Position numbers and translations under genes: made by a program
NCBI GenBank assembly: GCA_964600255.1
Contig: CAZRIX010000003.1
Location: 6,476-70,475 of the forward strand
Reading direction: 5' to 3'
Source: an uncultured Candidatus Saccharibacteria bacterium
GTDB lineage: Bacteria > Patescibacteriota > Minisyncoccia > Phycocordibacterales > PALSA-1337
Length of the DNA: 64,000 nucleotides
Shown: positions 59,233-64,000 of the stretch, one piece after another
Layout: each line of letters opens with the position of its first letter
Position numbering within the stretch: position 1 is the first letter of the stretch
Notes under the pieces: model-generated
What the model saw: only the letters and a program-made list of their open reading frames with translations
Database searches by the model: none
Told to the model about the DNA's origin: nothing

Positions 59233-59245
59233 TAATTTTAAATAT

Positions 59246-59464
59246 ATGATGATAAAAAAAGACGACAATGTAATAGTATTGACTGGAAAGGACAAGGGTA
59301 AGACTGGTAAGGTCATTAAGGCTATGCCAAAGCTTAACCGCGTAGTAGTTTCTGGAATCAATATGTTCAAGAAGAATCAGAAGTCACGCAAGCAGGGCCA
59401 GAAGGGTCAGGTTGTTGAAGTCAATGGTTCAATTGATGTATCTAACGTAGCCTTGAAGAAATAA
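59246..59464 (+). CDS. rplX: 50S ribosomal protein L24 (short)
   Basis: KOW motif GKDKGKTG and IDVSNV. Confidence 0.94.
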   Translation: MMIKKDDNVIVLTGKDKGKTGKVIKAMPKLNRVVVSGINMFKKNQKSRKQGQKGQVVEVNGSIDVSNVALKK

Positions 59465-59481
59465 GCGAAAGAAATAATTTT

Positions 59482-60048
59482 ATGAAAAATACAAACACAG
59501 CAACAACTTCATTCGAACTAAACAAAGGTGCTTTTGCAGCTTTGAAGGGAAAGTTCGGCTACCAGAATCCAATGCAAGCTCCAAGTCTAAAGAAGATTGT
59601 CATCAGTACTGGAACAGGTTCAGTAAAGGACAAGAAGAAGATTGAGCTTATTGCAGATCGTCTTGCAAAGATTACAGGCCAGAAGCCAGCTCCACGTTCA
59701 AGTAAGAAGTCTATCGCTTCATTCAAAGTTCGCCAGGGAGATCTAGTAGGATATCAGATCACACTAAGAGGCAAGAGAATGTTTGATTTCGTAGACAAGC
59801 TTGTGCACATCGCTCTTCCAAGAACAAAGGACTTCCGTGGAATCTCAAAGACAGCAGTAGACCAAATGGGGAACTACACACTAGGTATCAAGGAACACAC
59901 AATCTTCCCTGAAACAGCTGACGAAGATCTAAAGGACGTTTTTGGTTTCGGAATGACATTTGTTACAACATCAAAGGAAAAAGCAGAGACACTAGCATTC
60001 CTAGAATATCTTGGATTCAAGTTCAAGAAGGATGAAGTAAAGAAATAA
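59482..60048 (+). CDS. rplE: 50S ribosomal protein L5
   Basis: ITGQKP, TLRG.RM and LPR.KDFRG motifs. Confidence 0.96.
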   Translation: MKNTNTATTSFELNKGAFAALKGKFGYQNPMQAPSLKKIVISTGTGSVKDKKKIELIADRLAKITGQKPAPRSSKKSIASFKVRQGDLVGYQITLRGKRMFDFVDKLVHIALPRTKDFRGISKTAVDQMGNYTLGIKEHTIFPETADEDLKDVFGFGMTFVTTSKEKAETLAFLEYLGFKFKKDEVKK

Positions 60049-60050
60049 AC

Positions 60051-60077
60051 AACAGCCCCGCAAGGGGTTTTTGTTTT
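60051..60077 (+). terminator. Intrinsic terminator after rplE
   Basis: AGCCCC-GCAA-GGGGTT stem with a T tract. Confidence 0.8.
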
Positions 60078-60099
60078 GTATGATTAAATTACTAAACCC

Positions 60100-60128
60100 T
60101 TGCCTTATTTAACCCTTTCTGATAGTAT
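60100..60128 (+). promoter_or_regulatory. Promoter for the rpsN-secY segment
   Basis: TTGCCT-17 bp-TAGTAT with an extended TG. Confidence 0.65.
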
Positions 60129-60255
60129 AACCACACGTTCGATAGACAAATAGAAAACGGCCAATTAAGGCCATTAGCGATTGGAAGCAAAAGCCCTCGG
60201 GCCTAGCTAACCAATCCTCATTTGTTTATTAGAAATGCATTTATTTAAATAAAAA

Positions 60256-60441
60256 ATGGCAAAGAAATCAACAATCGCAAGATCAAGCAAAGAACCGAAG
60301 TTCAAGTCGAGAGTCGTTCGACGTTGTTTCCGTTGTGGAAGAAAGAACGGATACATGAGAGACTTCGATCTTTGCCGTATTTGTTTCCGAGAGTTCGCAA
60401 ATGAAGGTGTTATTCCAGGTATAAAAAAATCATCATGGTAA
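60256..60441 (+). CDS. rpsN: 30S ribosomal protein S14, zinc type
   Basis: CFRCGR and LCRICFRE motifs. Confidence 0.96.
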   Translation: MAKKSTIARSSKEPKFKSRVVRRCFRCGRKNGYMRDFDLCRICFREFANEGVIPGIKKSSW

Positions 60442-60827
60442 CAGACCCTATTTCAGATTTTATAACAAGAATTAAGAACGCTAGTAGTGCAGGTAAGGCT
60501 ACAGTTAGTATTCCATATTCAGCAATGAAGGAGAGAATTGCTCACGTTCTTCTAAAGGGAGGATACATTACAGATATTGCTGTAAACGGCAAGAAGATAG
60601 ACAAGACTCTAGAACTTACACTTGCTTATATGGGCAATGAACCAAGAGTTCATGGTATTGATCGTATTTCAAAGACTTCAAGAAGAATTTATCAGAAGTC
60701 AAAGGATATTCGTATGTTCAAGAGTGGATTCGGAAACATCATCCTTTCAACACCAAAGGGAGTACTTCTTGATGCAGATGCAAAGAAGCTAAAGGTCGGC
60801 GGAGAAGTCCTATTTAAGGTCTGGTAA
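60435..60827 (+). CDS. rpsH: 30S ribosomal protein S8
   Basis: DPISDFITRIKNA, STPKG and GGEVL motifs. Confidence 0.96.
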   Translation: MVTDPISDFITRIKNASSAGKATVSIPYSAMKERIAHVLLKGGYITDIAVNGKKIDKTLELTLAYMGNEPRVHGIDRISKTSRRIYQKSKDIRMFKSGFGNIILSTPKGVLLDADAKKLKVGGEVLFKVW

Positions 60828-60859
60828 TTACTAATATCTTAAATATTTAAAACAAATTT

Positions 60860-61393
60860 ATGTCAAGAATTGCAAAGAAACCAATAGTAATACCAGAGAA
60901 AACAGAGGCCACTTTTGCCAATGGAGTTTTGACTGTTAAGGGTCCACTTGGAGAGATTTCAAAGAACCTAAACAATGTTATCGAAGTTAAAATCGAGAAC
61001 AAAGAGATTGCTCTTATTCCAAAGAATCAATCTCTAGATACTCTAGCTCTATGGGGAACATACGCTTCTCATATTAGAAACATGCTAGAAGGAGTAAACA
61101 AGGCATACGAGAAGAAGCTTATCGTTGAAGGTATCGGATTCAAGTCTGATGTTAAGGGTAAGGAACTTCATTTAGCTCTAGGATTCTCACATCCAGTTAT
61201 GAGAGTTATTCCAGATGGTCTAAAAGTTACAGCCGAGAAGAACATCATCACAGTTACAGGTATTGATGTTGAAAAGGTAGGACAATTCGTCGCACAGGTC
61301 CGCTCACTAAAGAAGCCTGAACCATACAAGGGTAAGGGAATCAGATATAGTGATGAGGTTATCAGACGTAAGCAAGGTAAGAAGTCTGTATAA
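60860..61393 (+). CDS. rplF: 50S ribosomal protein L6
   Basis: LGFSHP and PEPYKGKGI motifs. Confidence 0.97.
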   Translation: MSRIAKKPIVIPEKTEATFANGVLTVKGPLGEISKNLNNVIEVKIENKEIALIPKNQSLDTLALWGTYASHIRNMLEGVNKAYEKKLIVEGIGFKSDVKGKELHLALGFSHPVMRVIPDGLKVTAEKNIITVTGIDVEKVGQFVAQVRSLKKPEPYKGKGIRYSDEVIRRKQGKKSV

Positions 61394-61402
61394 TAAAAAT
61401 TT

Positions 61403-61753
61403 ATGAATACAAGCAAACAAAAACAATTAAAGATCGAGAGAAGACACAAGAGAATCCGCTCAACTTTGAGTGGTACTGCAGAGCGCCCACGCTTGTCAGT
61501 ATTCAAGTCTCACAAATATATCTCTGCTCAAATCATAGATGATACAAAGGGACACACTCTTGCAACTTTCTCATCAAAGGATGCTAAGTCAAAGACACCT
61601 GCTGAAAAGGCAAAGGAGGTTGGTATTGCAATCGCAAAGGCTGCAAAGGCTCTTAAGATTGATAAAGTAGTTTTCGATCGAGGAGGCTATTTGTACACAG
61701 GTAAAATTCAGTCCGTAGCTGATGGCGCTCGCGAGGGTGGACTAAATTTTTAA
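61403..61753 (+). CDS. rplR: 50S ribosomal protein L18
   Basis: RPRLSVFKS and VFDRGG motifs. Confidence 0.96.
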   Translation: MNTSKQKQLKIERRHKRIRSTLSGTAERPRLSVFKSHKYISAQIIDDTKGHTLATFSSKDAKSKTPAEKAKEVGIAIAKAAKALKIDKVVFDRGGYLYTGKIQSVADGAREGGLNF

Positions 61754-61764
61754 AATAAAATTAT

Positions 61765-62376
61765 ATGGAAATAGAAAACAAAACAATTTCACAGGATGCA
61801 GTAGTGGCCACAGGAGCTCCCGCTTCTTCAGCTGCTGCTAGACCATCTTTCAGAGATTCAAGACCACCTCGTGCAGGCGGAAGACGTCCACAGAGAGATA
61901 CAAAGGAGAGAGTAAAGCCAGAATTTGATACAAAGATCATCGCTATTCGTCGCGTAACTCGTGTTGCTTCAGGAGGACGAAGATTTACATTCTCAGTTGC
62001 AGTAGTTTCTGGAGACAGAAAGGGTAAGGTAGGAGTTGGACTTGGAAAGGCAGGAGATACTTCTCTAGCTATCGACAAGGCTACTCGTCATGCAAAGAAG
62101 AACATGATCAAGGTAAGACTTTCACCAGCTATGGTTATTCCTCACATGGTTGAAGCAAAGTTCTCAAGTGCAAGAGTTATGATTATGCCAGCAAAGGGAC
62201 GCGGAGTAGTTGCAGGAAGTGCTGTAAGAAACGTTATCGAACTTGCTGGAATCAAGGATGTTTGTGCAAAGCTTCTTTCAGGAAGTAAGAACAAGCTAAA
62301 CATTGCTCGTGCAACAATCGTGGCGCTTGAGAAATTATCAAAGCACCCTCGCACACTAAAGCAGGACAATAAATAA
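61765..62376 (+). CDS. rpsE: 30S ribosomal protein S5
   Basis: RRVTRV..GGRRF and GVGLGKA motifs. Confidence 0.96.
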   Translation: MEIENKTISQDAVVATGAPASSAAARPSFRDSRPPRAGGRRPQRDTKERVKPEFDTKIIAIRRVTRVASGGRRFTFSVAVVSGDRKGKVGVGLGKAGDTSLAIDKATRHAKKNMIKVRLSPAMVIPHMVEAKFSSARVMIMPAKGRGVVAGSAVRNVIELAGIKDVCAKLLSGSKNKLNIARATIVALEKLSKHPRTLKQDNK

Positions 62377-62387
62377 TTATAAATACC

Positions 62388-62840
62388 ATGCAAATCAATA
62401 ATCTAATCCCAAAGACAAAGAATAAGAAGACAATGCTTGTTGGACGTGGAGGCAAGCGTGGTAAGACTTCTGGAAGAGGAGGTAAGGGACAGACAGCTCG
62501 TGCTGGTAATAAGAAGCGCCCAGAACTTCGTGACTTCATCAAGAGAATTCCTAAGCTACGCGGACGTGGAGTTAATCAAAACAAGAGTATTGAGACTCGT
62601 CCAACTATCGTAAACCTAGATGTTATAGAAGCTGTTTTTGAAAATGGTTCAGTCATTTCTCCAGCAACTCTTATCGAGAAGAATACTATCGCTACAATTG
62701 ATGGTAGAATACCTATGGTAAAGATCCTTGGAGCAGGTGATATAACAAAGAAATTTACAATTGAGAATTGTATAATCTCAAAGCAAGCTAAAGAAAAGGT
62801 AGAAAAAGCAGGCGGCTCAGTAAAAAGTTTAGTTAAGTAA
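62388..62840 (+). CDS. rplO: 50S ribosomal protein L15
   Basis: GKTSGRGGKGQTAR and EKAGG motifs. Confidence 0.96.
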   Translation: MQINNLIPKTKNKKTMLVGRGGKRGKTSGRGGKGQTARAGNKKRPELRDFIKRIPKLRGRGVNQNKSIETRPTIVNLDVIEAVFENGSVISPATLIEKNTIATIDGRIPMVKILGAGDITKKFTIENCIISKQAKEKVEKAGGSVKSLVK

Positions 62841-62861
62841 TTTAATTAGATAATTAAATAT

Positions 62862-64000
62862 ATGAAAAATTTCCTCGAAAAAATAACAATAGTACTTCGG
62901 GACGCTACACTTCGTAAGAGAATAGTATTTACACTAGCTGCTCTTATAGTATTTCGTCTTCTTTCTACTATTCCAATACCCGGTATTGATGTCGCTAGTC
63001 TAGGCAGACTTTTGGCAGGTAATCAGCTACTAGGTCTTTTGGATGTTTTTTCTGGAGGAGGTGTTTCTAGGCTATCAATAGTAATGCTTGGAGTTGGTCC
63101 ATATATTACAGCTTCAATCATCGTGCAGTTGATGACTATGATGTTCCCAAGTATGAAAGCTTTGATGCAAGAAGAGGGAGAAGCAGGACGTTTGAAACTT
63201 TCTACATACTCAAGACTTCTGACTATACCTCTAGCTCTACTGCAAGCTTTTGCATTTATCTCACTTTTCCAAAGTCAGGGTGTAATACCAGAACTGACAG
63301 GACTTGTGCTTGTTGTTAATATTCTAGTTATCGCTGCAGGATCAATACTTCTAATGTGGATCGGAGAGTTGATATCAGAATTTGGTATTGGAAATGGAGT
63401 ATCACTCATCATTTTTGCAGGTATCGTTGCGGCTTTGCCACAGAGTGTGTCTCAGATTTTTGTGAAGCTTACAACAGAGGGAGCTTCTCAAATACCGTTC
63501 TACCTACTATTCCTAGTACTGTCTATAACAGTTATCATTGCGGTTGTTGTTGTTACTGAAGCAGAAAGATCAGTACCGGTCACATATGCAAAGCAGGTAA
63601 GAGGTAACAAAGTGTATGGAGGTGTTTCAACATATCTTCCTCTACGTTTGAACCAGTCTGGAGTTATTCCAATAATCTTTGCACTTTCAATCCTGCTATT
63701 CCCACAAATAGTAGCAAATTTCCTTTCAAAGTCTTCAGTTACATTCATCGCTGATGCAGCAACATCAGTTGCGGCTTTCATGGCAAACCCATGGGCATAT
63801 GCAACTATTTACTTCCTACTAGTATTTATCTTCACATACTTCTACACAGCAGTTACTTTCGATCCAAAGCAAATATCAGAGAATCTACAGAAGAGTGGGG
63901 CATTCATTCCTGGAGTTCGTCCTGGTGAGTCTACAATGGAATATCTTGGTAAAATCGTGACAAGAATAACTCTTGTAGGTGCTCTATTCCTAGGTATAAT
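62862..64000 (+). CDS. secY: Preprotein translocase SecY (partial, runs off the window)
   Basis: Translated by hand: IPIPGID, LGVGPYITASII, GIGNGVSLIIFAGI, NQSGVIPIIFA and GAFIPGVRPG. Confidence 0.96.
   Translation, partial: MKNFLEKITIVLRDATLRKRIVFTLAALIVFRLLSTIPIPGIDVASLGRLLAGNQLLGLLDVFSGGGVSRLSIVMLGVGPYITASIIVQLMTMMFPSMKALMQEEGEAGRLKLSTYSRLLTIPLALLQAFAFISLFQSQGVIPELTGLVLVVNILVIAAGSILLMWIGELISEFGIGNGVSLIIFAGIVAALPQSVSQIFVKLTTEGASQIPFYLLFLVLSITVIIAVVVVTEAERSVPVTYAKQVRGNKVYGGVSTYLPLRLNQSGVIPIIFALSILLFPQIVANFLSKSSVTFIADAATSVAAFMANPWAYATIYFLLVFIFTYFYTAVTFDPKQISENLQKSGAFIPGVRPGESTMEYLGKIVTRITLVGALFLGI

Noticed and set aside
1-64000. rRNA, transposase, prophage, cas genes or an alternative genetic code
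   Set aside because: None recognised. Conserved genes translate fully in code 11 with TGG for Trp.

Overview
This AT-rich window is very probably from a Patescibacteria (CPR, Parcubacteria-like) genome. Supporting signs are the absence of rpmD between rpsE and rplO, a trigger factor without its FKBP domain, mostly SD-less or leaderless genes, and GWAWS-repeat secreted proteins. It contains cca with several parS-like sites and DnaA boxes, four tRNAs, hup, rny, clpP, rsmE, tig and nusA. It also has two orphan membrane histidine kinases, each next to an unannotated small membrane peptide and flanking a PurD-like ATP-grasp gene. These are followed by a type IV pilus operon, tpiA, pgk, recJ, rnhA and a split comEC, then the str/S10/spc ribosomal cluster through a partial secY. 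The most notable signals are: (1) an array of secreted surface proteins between fusA and tuf that share a C-terminal VFDWxxxLF tail, with an exact 54-bp repeat and terminator hairpins carrying -10 boxes in their loops; (2) an EF-Tu whose switch I looks like the Verrucomicrobia/Planctomycetes type, together with a GC-rich secreted protein bearing a Verrucomicrobia-like C-terminal motif, which may point to the host; (3) the kinase-peptide-ATP-grasp module; (4) an approximately 240-bp highly structured element between rsmE and tig; and (5) an apparently catalytically dead ComEC nuclease domain. No database searches were run. Family assignments come from motif recognition.
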